Positions 1 to 9,919 of a stretch of DNA of 64,000 bases are shown here, one piece after another (positions within the stretch are counted from its first letter, which is position 1; each line of letters opens with the position of its first letter). The notes under the pieces were generated by a model. The model was not told where the DNA came from, made no database searches, and worked only from the letters and a program-made list of their open reading frames with translations. Position numbers and translations under genes: made by a program. The stretch spans positions 26,895 to 90,894 of the forward strand of contig CAZNFG010000002.1 of NCBI GenBank assembly GCA_964572605.1. The letters run 5' to 3'. The DNA comes from an uncultured Eubacteriales bacterium. Its GTDB lineage: Bacteria; Bacillota; Clostridia; TANB77; UBA1234.

Positions 1-186
1 AAATGACATGTATTTCACATCCTTTATAAATTATATAGGGATTATAGCACAAAACCTGCATAATTGAAATAAAGAAAGGTGTATAAACCAAGAAATTATC
101 TATAAATTGAAGGTATTGATAAGTGCTTAGAGATAATATATAATCACTTCTATAGTAGTTAATTGAAAACAAAATAAGAAGTGGAG

Positions 187-1041
187 ATGTATAGAATGAA
201 AAAGTATATAAAATTAATGAGATTAAAACATTGGATAAAAAATGGACTTGTATTCTTGCCAGTGTTTTGTTCGGGTATTATTACAAAGGAAAATATGATT
301 GCTTCTATAATTGCATTTTTTGCTTTTTCATTCATGGCATCTGTAGTTTATATAATAAATGATATAAAAGATGTTGAAAAAGATAGAAATCATCCAAGAA
401 AATGTAAAAGACCAATAGCAAATGGAGAAATAGGTATTAGTAAAGCTTTAGTGCTTGGGGTATTTTTATTCTTAATTTCAATTGGCTTAAACCTTTTCAT
501 AACTAGAACGATTTTAAATCCAGCGCTATATGTAATACTTTTGTATTTGGCAATAAATATTGTATATAGTTTTGGTGCAAAACATATTCCTATATTAGAT
601 GTTGCAATACTTGGGGCTGGATTTGTTTTGAGGGTATATTATGGAGCGTTTATGACAGGAATAGCAGTATCTAGATGGTTATTCTTAACAGTACTTAGTG
701 CATCGCTATTTTTAGGACTTGGAAAAAGAAAAAAAGAATTAAAAATTAAAGATGAAGTAAGACCTGTATTAAAGAACTATCCAGAGAAGTTTTTAGAAAG
801 TTTTATGAATATATGTCTATGCCTTGTTATTGTGTTTTATTCATTATGGTCTATGGAACAAGAAATCGAGTATCTATTTGTATCGATACCGTTTTTAATA
901 ATACTATTTATGGAATATATGATGTACTTGGAAAGAGATGATGAAGGGGACCCAATAACCATTTTATTCCAAAATAAATCTTTAATGTTTACAACTATTG
1001 CATATATAGGGGTTATGGCTGTTTTATTGTTTACAAAATAG
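187..1041 (+). CDS. UbiA-superfamily prenyltransferase (decaprenyl-phosphate phosphoribosyltransferase-like integral membrane protein)
   Basis: Multi-TM ORF with an Asp-rich motif YIINDIKDVEKDRNH typical of UbiA prenyltransferases. RBS aagtggag lies before ATG 187; the ORF track starts at GTG 181. Confidence 0.7.
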   Translation: MYRMKKYIKLMRLKHWIKNGLVFLPVFCSGIITKENMIASIIAFFAFSFMASVVYIINDIKDVEKDRNHPRKCKRPIANGEIGISKALVLGVFLFLISIGLNLFITRTILNPALYVILLYLAINIVYSFGAKHIPILDVAILGAGFVLRVYYGAFMTGIAVSRWLFLTVLSASLFLGLGKRKKELKIKDEVRPVLKNYPEKFLESFMNICLCLVIVFYSLWSMEQEIEYLFVSIPFLIILFMEYMMYLERDDEGDPITILFQNKSLMFTTIAYIGVMAVLLFTK

Positions 1042-1116
1042 GTAAATTATAGTATAATAACACAGGAAATTGATTTTAAGTAACCTATTCGAAGAGTTTT
1101 GAAAAGGAGGAGAATC

Positions 1117-2289
1117 ATGAAACGCATCTCGGATCTATTCGGTAAGTACATTAGATCGTCGACTCTTAAGAGGGAAAAGGAAGAACAAAACAAACAAAAA
1201 CGGAGAATACAAAGCGCCTTAGATAATCTGACCAATAAGTACTTCGAAAGTATTGAAGGCTCTAAGCCAATTGGAAGGATTAATCTCTTCTATGATGCCT
1301 ATAAAGCTGTTGAAAAAAACGAACAAGATTTCTGTGAAGTGCTTTCTAAACTGTTGAACAATTATGGTAAAAAGGAAATGCTAGCTACGATAGCCTTCTT
1401 CTGGGAAAACGAAAATTTCGATATCGAAAACTTAAAGGAGCTTGTAGAGATATACGATGAACAAGTTGGACTTATCGAGGATATGGACTATTTTGTGACA
1501 ATGATCAATTACACAAGATTTTGGCAGTTTCTACTTGACGAATATAACCATATCATCGGAGACCTTGATATCACTACTTTTGAGAAATTGGCGTATAAGA
1601 TATCGGAAAGTCCATATCTTACGTCAATCTTCAAGAAAAACCTTAAAGATATCTTAGATGAATGTTGGATGATCGGATTTCCTTTTGAGGAATTTGAAGG
1701 TCAAGAAATGAGTTGCAAAAAGAAGGAAAGAGCTCTGTTTTTCCAGCCTGTACTTAAAATTCTGTGTGACTGCTTCCCGGATCTACAAAGTGATATTCTT
1801 GGACATGCATACAACACTTTTTTAGAAAAAAGTGATGAAAACAATGTCGAGATATGCACTCTCTTAGAAGCTATTGCAGACTTTGAAGAAGCAACGAAAA
1901 GTAGGCTTTTTACGTCTGATAAGGCATTCGAGCTGTATGTTAAGGAAGGAGCAAAAGAGATTCCTTGGGCAAGAAATATCTTAAAGGATATTAGGATAAT
2001 CTTCTATGCGCTTTTCCCAACAGATGACATTTCGGGAGTTATCTGGGTTCTTAAAAATAGATTTCATGTCGATGAAGATGTTTTAAATGAACATACCTTC
2101 GATTTGGCATGTAAAATCTTTGAGGACAAAGATATAGTTATTACCGTAGACATTGAAGAAATTATTAAGACAAGTGAAGGATACAAGCTTTTCCCATACT
2201 ACTTCGTGGAAATGATGAAGGAATATTCATTTGCCGATGCTCTTGAGGTTGCAGAAAAGTACGAACTGTACTTAAAAGGAATTATATAA
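1117..2289 (+). CDS. hypothetical protein, no recognisable domain; compositionally atypical (higher GC)
   Basis: Long ORF with ATG 1117 preceded by RBS aaaaggagg. Codon usage is visibly GC-richer than the neighbours. It contains an in-frame CGG-A Arg codon at 1201-1203. A strong terminator follows. Confidence 0.55.
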   Translation: MKRISDLFGKYIRSSTLKREKEEQNKQKRRIQSALDNLTNKYFESIEGSKPIGRINLFYDAYKAVEKNEQDFCEVLSKLLNNYGKKEMLATIAFFWENENFDIENLKELVEIYDEQVGLIEDMDYFVTMINYTRFWQFLLDEYNHIIGDLDITTFEKLAYKISESPYLTSIFKKNLKDILDECWMIGFPFEEFEGQEMSCKKKERALFFQPVLKILCDCFPDLQSDILGHAYNTFLEKSDENNVEICTLLEAIADFEEATKSRLFTSDKAFELYVKEGAKEIPWARNILKDIRIIFYALFPTDDISGVIWVLKNRFHVDEDVLNEHTFDLACKIFEDKDIVITVDIEEIIKTSEGYKLFPYYFVEMMKEYSFADALEVAEKYELYLKGII

Positions 2290-2316
2290 CATCATAAACT
2301 AAAAAAGGTTACCAAA

Positions 2317-2386
2317 GGCACCTAATATATCAAGAGCTCATATTTATAATATGAGCTCTTGATATATTAGGTGCTTCTTTGTTTTT
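2317..2386 (+). terminator. Rho-independent terminator (28-bp perfect stem) after ORF 1117-2289
   Basis: Inverted repeat aggcacctaatatatcaagagctcatat / atatgagctcttgatatattaggtgct, followed by a T-rich tract. Confidence 0.75.
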
Positions 2387-2486
2387 AAAAAAGATTGGTG
2401 AAGAGTATAAATTAGAGTGTAATTTTGTTAAATTTATGATAAAATTATAAATGGCACCAGAAATATACAAAAAATGGAGGGATATA

Positions 2487-3209
2487 ATGTTAGAAATAAA
2501 AAATGTTTATTTTAAGAGAGATGACAAACAAATCTTAAAAAATATAAATTTAATAATACCTGATGAGAAATTCATAGTTATAACAGGACCTAATGGTTCT
2601 GGTAAGTCTACACTTGCAAAAATAATTATGGGAATAGAAAAGCCAGATAGTGGTGAAGTAATCTTTGATGGTGTAGATATAACAAAAAAATCAATTGATG
2701 AGAGAGCAAGATTGGGTATTGGTTTTGCTTTTCAACAAATTGTTAAGTTTAAAGGAATTACAGTTTATGACCTTATAAAATTATCATCAGGTAAAAATGT
2801 TACAAAAAATGAAGCTTGTGAAATTTTATCTATGGTAGGACTTTGTGCAAAAGAATATATCGATAGAGAAGTTAACGGTTCACTTTCAGGTGGAGAATTA
2901 AAAAGAATTGAGATTGCAACAGTTGTAATAAGAGAAAATAAATTAATAATCTTTGATGAGCCAGAAGCTGGAATAGATTTATGGAGTTTTACAAATCTTA
3001 TTAAGGTATTTGAAAAGTTAAGAGAGAAAAATTCAAAAAGTACATCAATAATAATCTCACATCAAGAAAGGATACTTGATATAGCAGATACAATAATATT
3101 AATAAAAAACGGGGAGATTGAATATACTGGTAATAAAGATACTATAAAGAACTTTGAATTCAATACTGGTGTGTGCTGTAAGCTTTCGGGAGGTGCCCAA
3201 AATGAATAA
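2487..3209 (+). CDS. sufC: Fe-S cluster assembly ATPase SufC
   Basis: Walker A GPNGSGKST, ABC signature LSGGELKR and Walker B IIFDEPEAGID. Adjacent to a SufB/D-family gene. Start MLEIKN at ATG 2487 has an RBS aatggaggg. Confidence 0.85.
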   Translation: MLEIKNVYFKRDDKQILKNINLIIPDEKFIVITGPNGSGKSTLAKIIMGIEKPDSGEVIFDGVDITKKSIDERARLGIGFAFQQIVKFKGITVYDLIKLSSGKNVTKNEACEILSMVGLCAKEYIDREVNGSLSGGELKRIEIATVVIRENKLIIFDEPEAGIDLWSFTNLIKVFEKLREKNSKSTSIIISHQERILDIADTIILIKNGEIEYTGNKDTIKNFEFNTGVCCKLSGGAQNE

Positions 3210-4116
3210 TATTGAAAGAAATTTATTAACTGAAATATCAGGAAGCGATACTTATGAAGGCGCATATAATATAAGAAAAGATGGAAAAGGAATTGAAAGA
3301 AAAGTTACTGAAAATATAAATATAGTAACTAAAGAAGATAAATCTGGTATCGATATATATGTAAAAGAAAATACAAAAAACGAATTTGTTCACATTCCTG
3401 TAATCATAACTGAAAGTGGACTTACAGATGTAGTATATAATGATTTTTATATAGGAAAGAATGCTAGAGTGTTTATTATTGCGGGATGTGGAATACACAA
3501 TGAACATCAACAAGATTCAACCCATAATGGAATTCATAGATTTTTCTTAGAAGAAGGTGCCTATGTAAAGTATGTAGAAAAACATTATGGAGAAGGTGAA
3601 GGAACTGGAAAGAAAGTATTAAATCCAGTTACAGAATTGTACTTAAAAGATGGAAGTACTCTTGAAATGGATACCGTACAGATAAAAGGCGTTGATTCTA
3701 CAGAAAGAATCACGAAAGGTGAATTAGGAGATAATACAAAGCTAATAATTAAAGAAAAGGTAATGACACATGGAGAGCAATATGCAAAAACACTTTTTGA
3801 TGTTACGCTAAATGGTGACAATGCAAGTACACATGTTACATCAAGAGCTGTTGCAGTAGATAACTCAAAACAAAGTTTTGTATCAAAAGTATATGGAAAC
3901 TCAAAATGTTTTGCACATGTTGAATGTGATGCGATTATAAAAGATAACGCATCAGTTAGCGCTGCACCAGAAGTTATTGCGAATAATGTAAATGCTAATC
4001 TTATTCATGAAGCGGCAATTGGAAAAATAGCAGGAGAACAATTAGTTAAGCTTATGACATTAGGACTAACAGAAAAAGAAGCAGAAGAAGAAATAATAAA
4101 AGGATTTTTAAAATAA
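3202..4116 (+). CDS. Fe-S cluster assembly protein, SufB/SufD family (clostridial SufBD type)
   Basis: 305-aa product overlapping the sufC stop (ATGAATAA coupling). C-terminal beta-helix region is typical of SufB/SufD. Two-gene sufC-sufBD arrangement as in Clostridia. Confidence 0.7.
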   Translation: MNNIERNLLTEISGSDTYEGAYNIRKDGKGIERKVTENINIVTKEDKSGIDIYVKENTKNEFVHIPVIITESGLTDVVYNDFYIGKNARVFIIAGCGIHNEHQQDSTHNGIHRFFLEEGAYVKYVEKHYGEGEGTGKKVLNPVTELYLKDGSTLEMDTVQIKGVDSTERITKGELGDNTKLIIKEKVMTHGEQYAKTLFDVTLNGDNASTHVTSRAVAVDNSKQSFVSKVYGNSKCFAHVECDAIIKDNASVSAAPEVIANNVNANLIHEAAIGKIAGEQLVKLMTLGLTEKEAEEEIIKGFLK

Positions 4117-4136
4117 TTTAGAGGAGGTCTTCAATA

Positions 4137-5012
4137 ATGGACCCTACATGCATAACAAATAGGTGTAAAAAAACACAAAAAGTTGGCATAATTGGAATTA
4201 TTGGAAATTTGTTTTTATTCATAATTAAAATAGTAGTTGCAGTAGCTAGCAAAAGCCAATCACTACTCGCAGATGCAATAAATAGTGGAACAGATATATT
4301 ATCATCACTTATGACATACATAGGTGGTAAAATATCTGGAAACAAATCAGATAAGTATCATAACTATGGATATGGAAAAGCAGAATATGTTTTTTCCTTA
4401 ATAATTAGTTTGGTAATGGGTTATTTAGCAATTAAAATTGCAATTAATGGAATAACATCACTTGTAAAAGGCAATGTGTTTACATTTTCATATAGCTTAA
4501 TAATCGTATGTATAGTAACAATAATAACAAAGTTTCTACTATATATATATACTAAGAAAATAGGTAAAGAAGAAGAAAGTATATTAATACTTGCAAATGC
4601 TGAAGATCACAAAAATGATATGCTAGTTACGTTCACGGTTTTAATTGGTGTAGTAGCAGCTTTGTTTAATATTTATTATCTTGATAGAATAGTAGCAATT
4701 GGTATTGCAGTAAGAATATTATATGTAGCAATTAAATTCTTTTCAGAAAGCTATTCTGTTTTAATAGACGAATCAATTGATGAAGAGTCAATGAAAAAAA
4801 TTATAGAGATAATTAATAATAATGAAAAAGTTGATCATATAGACAAAATAACTTCAAAGGCTGTAGGAAAAGCTTTTGTAATAATTACAAAGGTTTCGGT
4901 AGATGGAAATATGACTGTAGATGAAAGTCATCAAGTTGCAGGAGTATTAAAAGCGGAAATTATGAAACTTAAAAATGTTTATGATGTAATTGTACATGTA
5001 AATCCTGTATAA
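4137..5012 (+). CDS. cation diffusion facilitator family transporter (CzcD/FieF-like)
   Basis: Six-TM N-terminus with a cytoplasmic C-terminal domain. Motifs HNYGYGKAEYVFSL and the aspartate-containing TM5 are typical of the CDF family. Confidence 0.8.
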   Translation: MDPTCITNRCKKTQKVGIIGIIGNLFLFIIKIVVAVASKSQSLLADAINSGTDILSSLMTYIGGKISGNKSDKYHNYGYGKAEYVFSLIISLVMGYLAIKIAINGITSLVKGNVFTFSYSLIIVCIVTIITKFLLYIYTKKIGKEEESILILANAEDHKNDMLVTFTVLIGVVAALFNIYYLDRIVAIGIAVRILYVAIKFFSESYSVLIDESIDEESMKKIIEIINNNEKVDHIDKITSKAVGKAFVIITKVSVDGNMTVDESHQVAGVLKAEIMKLKNVYDVIVHVNPV

Positions 5013-5053
5013 TAAGTATCAGTATAAAATCTATTATAGAGAGGAAAAAATAT

Positions 5054-5680
5054 ATGAACAGGAAAAACATATTTATTATTTTTTCAATAATAATTCTTAT
5101 AACGTTTGTTGGTGTTGCAGTTGTATTAGTAGAGGGTTCAAAAATATATTGGAGTCAAAAAAGAATAGTAAAAGAGTATGGAATAAATTTATCTTATCCT
5201 GGAGCATATGAAGATATACCTAAAAAAGATGGGAATATAGAAAAAATCTCACAAAATCTTACTATAACGGAAAATATTAAGTTTGTTGAGGATTATACGC
5301 CTGCTGTTTTTGAAGAATTGATACATATAAAAAATAATCGTTCTGGTATAATGCTTCTTGTGGAAGGACTAAAAATAGAGAAGACAGAAAAGACGATTGA
5401 AGAAATTTGCAAAGATTATACAACTATGTTTAAAGTTTTCAATCCAGATCAAACACTTTTAGAATCTAAGTATGAAGAAGTGATAATCGATGGTAAACCT
5501 GCTGGTAAGGTTGAAATCTTTATTAAAGGTAAAACTGAGAAAATACAGCCAGGAATAATTGCATATTTGATATCATTAGATGATAGAGAGATAAACATAG
5601 TGTTTAGTGGTACAAAAGAGATTTTTAAAAACAGTAATAAAGAACTAGAAAAAATATTAAATAGTATAGAAATTGAATAA
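5054..5680 (+). CDS. hypothetical protein with N-terminal membrane anchor
   Basis: N-terminal hydrophobic helix followed by a soluble domain. No motif recognised. Confidence 0.5.
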   Translation: MNRKNIFIIFSIIILITFVGVAVVLVEGSKIYWSQKRIVKEYGINLSYPGAYEDIPKKDGNIEKISQNLTITENIKFVEDYTPAVFEELIHIKNNRSGIMLLVEGLKIEKTEKTIEEICKDYTTMFKVFNPDQTLLESKYEEVIIDGKPAGKVEIFIKGKTEKIQPGIIAYLISLDDREINIVFSGTKEIFKNSNKELEKILNSIEIE

Positions 5681-5780
5681 AATTTTTTTAAGTTGTAAAA
5701 ACCTTGATATATAAACAAATTTCATATATGGCATGCAAATTTTCCTTAAATAATAAGGGTTTCACATTTAAATTTTAAAA

Positions 5781-5822
5781 GACAGAATATCGAAAAGTAT
5801 TCTGTCTTTTCTCTATGTAAAC
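5781..5822 (+). terminator. Rho-independent terminator
   Basis: Hairpin gacagaatatcgaaaagtattctgtc followed by TTTT. Confidence 0.7.
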
Positions 5823-6044
5823 CCATAGAACATAATCTAATTATCTGCTACCTTGAAACCCGCAAACCATTGCTGCATAAGAATGAAAACATAAAAAATT
5901 TCAAATATTTTATCTATAAAAAAAGCTTTTTTCTGTTGTAAAAAAAAATAGGTGTGCTACAATTAATAATAGAATATATGAGTAAGTTAAATATTCATTT
6001 TACGAAAGACAAAAAAATTTAAGACACGAAGGGGGCACTTTTAT

Positions 6045-8243
6045 ATGAACGTAATAAAATTAAAAAGAGAAAACAACGCATTAGATATAGCACTAATGGT
6101 TGAATCAGCAACAAAAACAGAAAAACAAGAGTATGATGAGACTGCAATAGTGGAGGCTTTGGTACGTGAGGCTAATTGCGAAAGAATGCTAGCAAAAGAA
6201 GTAGCTTCTATGGTAACGGAAAGATTAAAAAATGCAAATGTTTCTGAAGTAAGCACATCTTTAATTAGATCTATGGTTAATAATGTTTTATTGGAAAAAG
6301 GTCTAAACAAAGAACTAAAGAGCAATTCAGAGGCTTCTATTCCATTTTATAATATTACTGAAATCATAGAAAATGCTAACAAAGAAAATGGAAATACGGC
6401 ACACAATCCAGAATCTATTAATTTGACACTAGCTGAAAGAATTTTGAAGGAATATGCACTTAAAAATGTATTTGATGAAGATATTTCTTCTGCCCATTTA
6501 GCTGGTGAGATACATATACATGATCTTGGAATGATTGACAGATTTTATTGCTCAGGACACTCTCCTGAATACGTTAAGAAAAATGGAATAAGAAATATTC
6601 CTACTATTCCATCAAATTCAAAACCTGCTAATAGTGCAGCTGTTTTGGCAAGACATATTTGTTCTTTTACTCAATTTTTACAAGGACAGTTTGCAGGTGC
6701 AATTGGATGGGAAGCAATAAATGTGTTTTTTGCTCCTCTTTTAAAAGGAATGCCATATAAAGAAATAAAACAATTGGCACAAACTTTAATATTTGACTTA
6801 TCTCAACTTGCTGGTGCAAGGGGTGGACAAGTTGCATTCTCAGACTTCAATGTATATGCATCAATTCCAAACCATTACCAAGAGGTTTTTGCTATGGGAC
6901 CAAAAGGTAAGTATATGGTAACAAATGAATTAGAAGAAATCTCATATTTTGATACACAAGAAGATGCACAAGAATATGCAGATGAAACAGGATATAGAAT
7001 CTTAAGATATAGAGATTATGAAACAGAAGCTAGGTTATTTGCAAAAGCAATTTTAGAGGTAGTAGGTGAGGGTGATGCGGATGGAATGCCATTTGCTTTC
7101 CCAAAAATTAATCTACACATTAATGAAGAATGCTTTACAGATCCAAAGACCAAAGCTTTATTAATGGTGGCTTGCGAAGCATCTAGTAAGAATGGATGCC
7201 CATATTTTATATTTGATAGAAATGCTTTTTCTGTATCACAATGTTGTAGATTAAAGATAGATTTTTCAGAAGAGGATAAAAAGTTAATAAATACACCAGA
7301 AGAATTAAGATTTGTTGGTGGACAAAATGTTTCTATCAATATGCCAAACATTCCATTAAAAGTTGGAAAAAACATGGAGGCTTTTTATAAAGAATTAGCA
7401 ACAAAAATGGAAATGGCTGCAAGAGCTAATTTACAAAGACAAAACTATGTGTGGAAGCTTGCGAGTCTAGAAAACACACCACTTGGTTTTTACATTAAAG
7501 GAATGGATGGAAAGGCTTATATAAGACTTAAGAACATTTCTTATTTAATAGGAATAGTTGGATTAAATGAATGCGTATACAACTTAATTGGAGAGCAATT
7601 ACATGAATCTGATGAAGCATATATGTTAGGATTAGAAATAGTTTCATTCATGTATCAACAAACAAAAGACTTAAGTAAAAAGTATGGTATAGCAATAAAA
7701 CTTGAAGAAACACCAGCAGAAAGCACAGCTGGAAGATTTGCAAAACTAGATATTAAGAAATATGGTGCAGCAGCATACCACAAAGAAAATACATTTGGAG
7801 TTTATTATACAAACTCAGTTCATTTTGCTGCAGATAGTGATGTAGACTATATAACAAGACTTCAAAAACAATCAAAATTCCATACATTAGTGGAAGCAGG
7901 AAGTATGATTCATATTTGGTCAGGAAATAATGTTCCAAGTGCAAAAGCAATATACAGTTTATTAGAGACAACATGGTATAAGACAAAATGTGTACAATGG
8001 GTTTTATCACCAGAATATACATTATGCCAAGATTGCAGAACTAAGAGCAATGGCTTATTAGAGCAATGCCCAAAATGCGGAAGTATCCACATAAGAGGTG
8101 TTACGAGAATAACAGGTTACTATGTGTTTATAGACAAATTTAACAGTGGAAAGCGTGCAGAACTTGCCGATAGATTGAAAGAAAATGTTGATCGTGAGCA
8201 AGTTGCAAAAGCGCAAGATGCTACAGAAAAAGCTAGTTATTAG
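6045..8243 (+). CDS. nrdD: anaerobic ribonucleoside-triphosphate reductase (class III RNR) NrdD
   Basis: 732-aa product with an ATP-cone-like N-terminus, a C-terminal Zn ribbon CQDC...CPKCGS and a glycyl-radical region RITGYY. Followed by nrdH-like and nrdG genes. Confidence 0.9.
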   Translation: MNVIKLKRENNALDIALMVESATKTEKQEYDETAIVEALVREANCERMLAKEVASMVTERLKNANVSEVSTSLIRSMVNNVLLEKGLNKELKSNSEASIPFYNITEIIENANKENGNTAHNPESINLTLAERILKEYALKNVFDEDISSAHLAGEIHIHDLGMIDRFYCSGHSPEYVKKNGIRNIPTIPSNSKPANSAAVLARHICSFTQFLQGQFAGAIGWEAINVFFAPLLKGMPYKEIKQLAQTLIFDLSQLAGARGGQVAFSDFNVYASIPNHYQEVFAMGPKGKYMVTNELEEISYFDTQEDAQEYADETGYRILRYRDYETEARLFAKAILEVVGEGDADGMPFAFPKINLHINEECFTDPKTKALLMVACEASSKNGCPYFIFDRNAFSVSQCCRLKIDFSEEDKKLINTPEELRFVGGQNVSINMPNIPLKVGKNMEAFYKELATKMEMAARANLQRQNYVWKLASLENTPLGFYIKGMDGKAYIRLKNISYLIGIVGLNECVYNLIGEQLHESDEAYMLGLEIVSFMYQQTKDLSKKYGIAIKLEETPAESTAGRFAKLDIKKYGAAAYHKENTFGVYYTNSVHFAADSDVDYITRLQKQSKFHTLVEAGSMIHIWSGNNVPSAKAIYSLLETTWYKTKCVQWVLSPEYTLCQDCRTKSNGLLEQCPKCGSIHIRGVTRITGYYVFIDKFNSGKRAELADRLKENVDREQVAKAQDATEKASY

Positions 8244-8260
8244 TAAGGAGGAACGTTATA

Positions 8261-8482
8261 ATGATAAAAACATACACAATTCCAAATTGTCCTATGTGTG
8301 AAGAACTTAAGAAGTATATGAAAGAAAGTCATATATCTTATGAAGAAACAAATGTTGAAGAGGACTTTATGGCTAGAGCCAAAATGGTTAGCCTTGATAT
8401 AGAACAAATGCCTGCAGTTGAGGTAAATGGCAAGGTTTACTCTGGAGATGTAGATGAATTGAAAAGTATAGTTGCAATGTAA
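8261..8482 (+). CDS. glutaredoxin-like protein (NrdH family, CPMC active site)
   Basis: 73-aa product with an N-terminal IPNCPMCEELKKY thioredoxin-fold CxxC motif. Lies between nrdD and nrdG. Confidence 0.75.
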   Translation: MIKTYTIPNCPMCEELKKYMKESHISYEETNVEEDFMARAKMVSLDIEQMPAVEVNGKVYSGDVDELKSIVAM

Positions 8483-8582
8483 CAATATATAAGTCGCAAA
8501 GCAGGGGCATTCTGAAAATGTGCAATGCAGTTGTTGCACTTGTTTTGGAGTGCCCCTATAAATTGCTTAAGGGAGGATACAA

Positions 8583-9248
8583 ATGATTAAGTCAGTAATA
8601 TGGTCAAGTATGATTGATTACCCTGATAACGTGTGTACCACTTTGTTTACGGGTGTTTGTAATTTTGATTGTGAATTTTGCTATAACAGAGGATTATTAA
8701 AAGAAAAGGAAATAGATTTCGATAATGATATTTTACCTAAACTATTAAATAGAAAAGATTTTATAGATCATGTTATAATATCTGGAGGTGAATGCACAAT
8801 ACATCCAGATTTTGAAAGAATTGTAAATGTATTGCATGATAATGGTTTTAAAATAGGAATACATACAAATGGATATGCTGTAGATATATTAAAGAAAGTA
8901 ATAAATAAAATAGACTACATAGGCATGGATATAAAAAATGATTTCGATAATTATAATGAAATAACAAAAAAAGATGTAAATATATCTAAAATAAAAGAAG
9001 CAATAGATACAATTTTAAAAAGCAAAGTAAATTATGAATTTAGAACGACAGTTTATCCCAAATATATAAATGAAGAGAACGTAATAAATATTGCTAAATA
9101 TTTAAAAGAGGTTGGTTCTAAGCAATATGTTTTGCAAAACTATTTTGACTTTAATAAGACAGTTATTCCATATTCTGCAGAAAAGATGAAGTCAATTCAG
9201 GCAAAATGTAATGCATATTTACCTACTACACTTAGAGGAATAATATAA
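8583..9248 (+). CDS. nrdG: anaerobic ribonucleotide reductase activating enzyme (radical SAM) NrdG
   Basis: Radical-SAM motif CNFDCEFCYN. Size and position match the class III RNR activase. Confidence 0.85.
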   Translation: MIKSVIWSSMIDYPDNVCTTLFTGVCNFDCEFCYNRGLLKEKEIDFDNDILPKLLNRKDFIDHVIISGGECTIHPDFERIVNVLHDNGFKIGIHTNGYAVDILKKVINKIDYIGMDIKNDFDNYNEITKKDVNISKIKEAIDTILKSKVNYEFRTTVYPKYINEENVINIAKYLKEVGSKQYVLQNYFDFNKTVIPYSAEKMKSIQAKCNAYLPTTLRGII

Positions 9249-9261
9249 AGGAGGTGTTTTT

Positions 9262-9474
9262 ATGACAAACGAACTAATAGAAAAGGGATTAAGACTAAAT
9301 CCAAGCATGAAATTAAACGATGATGAAGAGCATGTAAAAAGAATACTACTTGGCATTGAAAAAAAAGATGGTCATTGTCCATGTATATTAACGGTAAATG
9401 ACGATACTATATGCCCATGTAAAAAGATGAGAGAAGAGAGTATTTGCTGCTGTAAGTTATATTTGAACAAATAA
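9262..9474 (+). CDS. ferredoxin:thioredoxin reductase catalytic-subunit-like small Cys-rich protein
   Basis: 70-aa product carrying HCPC...CPC...CCC cysteine pairs that resemble the FTR catalytic chain. RBS aaggagg. Translationally linked after nrdG. Confidence 0.5.
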   Translation: MTNELIEKGLRLNPSMKLNDDEEHVKRILLGIEKKDGHCPCILTVNDDTICPCKKMREESICCCKLYLNK

Positions 9475-9500
9475 AACTTTTAAAATTTCCACAAATACTT

Positions 9501-9535
9501 GTTGACAAGGTTTTGAAATTTTATTATACTATACT
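9501..9535 (+). promoter_or_regulatory. sigma-A type promoter for the tRNA pair (TTGACA-17-TATACT)
   Basis: ttgacaaggttttgaaattttattatact lies immediately upstream of the tRNA at 9548. Confidence 0.6.
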
Positions 9536-9547
9536 TTGTCAGCTGAT

Positions 9548-9624
9548 GGATCTTTAGCTCAGTTGGTTAGAGCAACCGGCTCATAACCGGTTGGTCCGGG
9601 GTTCGAGTCCCTGAAGATCCACCA
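9548..9624 (+). tRNA. tRNA with CAT anticodon (elongator Met or, more likely, lysidine-modified tRNA-Ile2)
   Basis: 77-nt cloverleaf: acceptor ggatctt/aagatcc, anticodon loop ctCATaa, T-arm ggttcgagtcc, encoded CCA. The sequence closely resembles the Bacillus tRNA-Ile(CAU) as recalled from memory. Confidence 0.85.
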
Positions 9625-9644
9625 TGACTTTTTTTATATTTTTT

Positions 9645-9729
<85 letters not shown>

Positions 9730-9919
9730 AGGTGTTTAAATGTGAATCAAAGGTATTTTTTCTTCGTTGGTGGGTTTGCAGTAATTGTAGAGATACCTTG
9801 TAAGGACGATTTAATTGACCAGTCATTTTAGTATGGCTGGTTTTATTGTTGACTTTTTGAAATGGATGCGTATAATAAAGATAAAGTTTAACTGATATGT
9901 AAAAGGTAGGAGAATTTAT

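Noticed and set aside
5930-6044. NrdR box upstream of nrdD
   Set aside because: The 360-nt nrdD leader was searched for the palindromic NrdR consensus (acaCwAtATaTwGtgt); no convincing match was found by eye.
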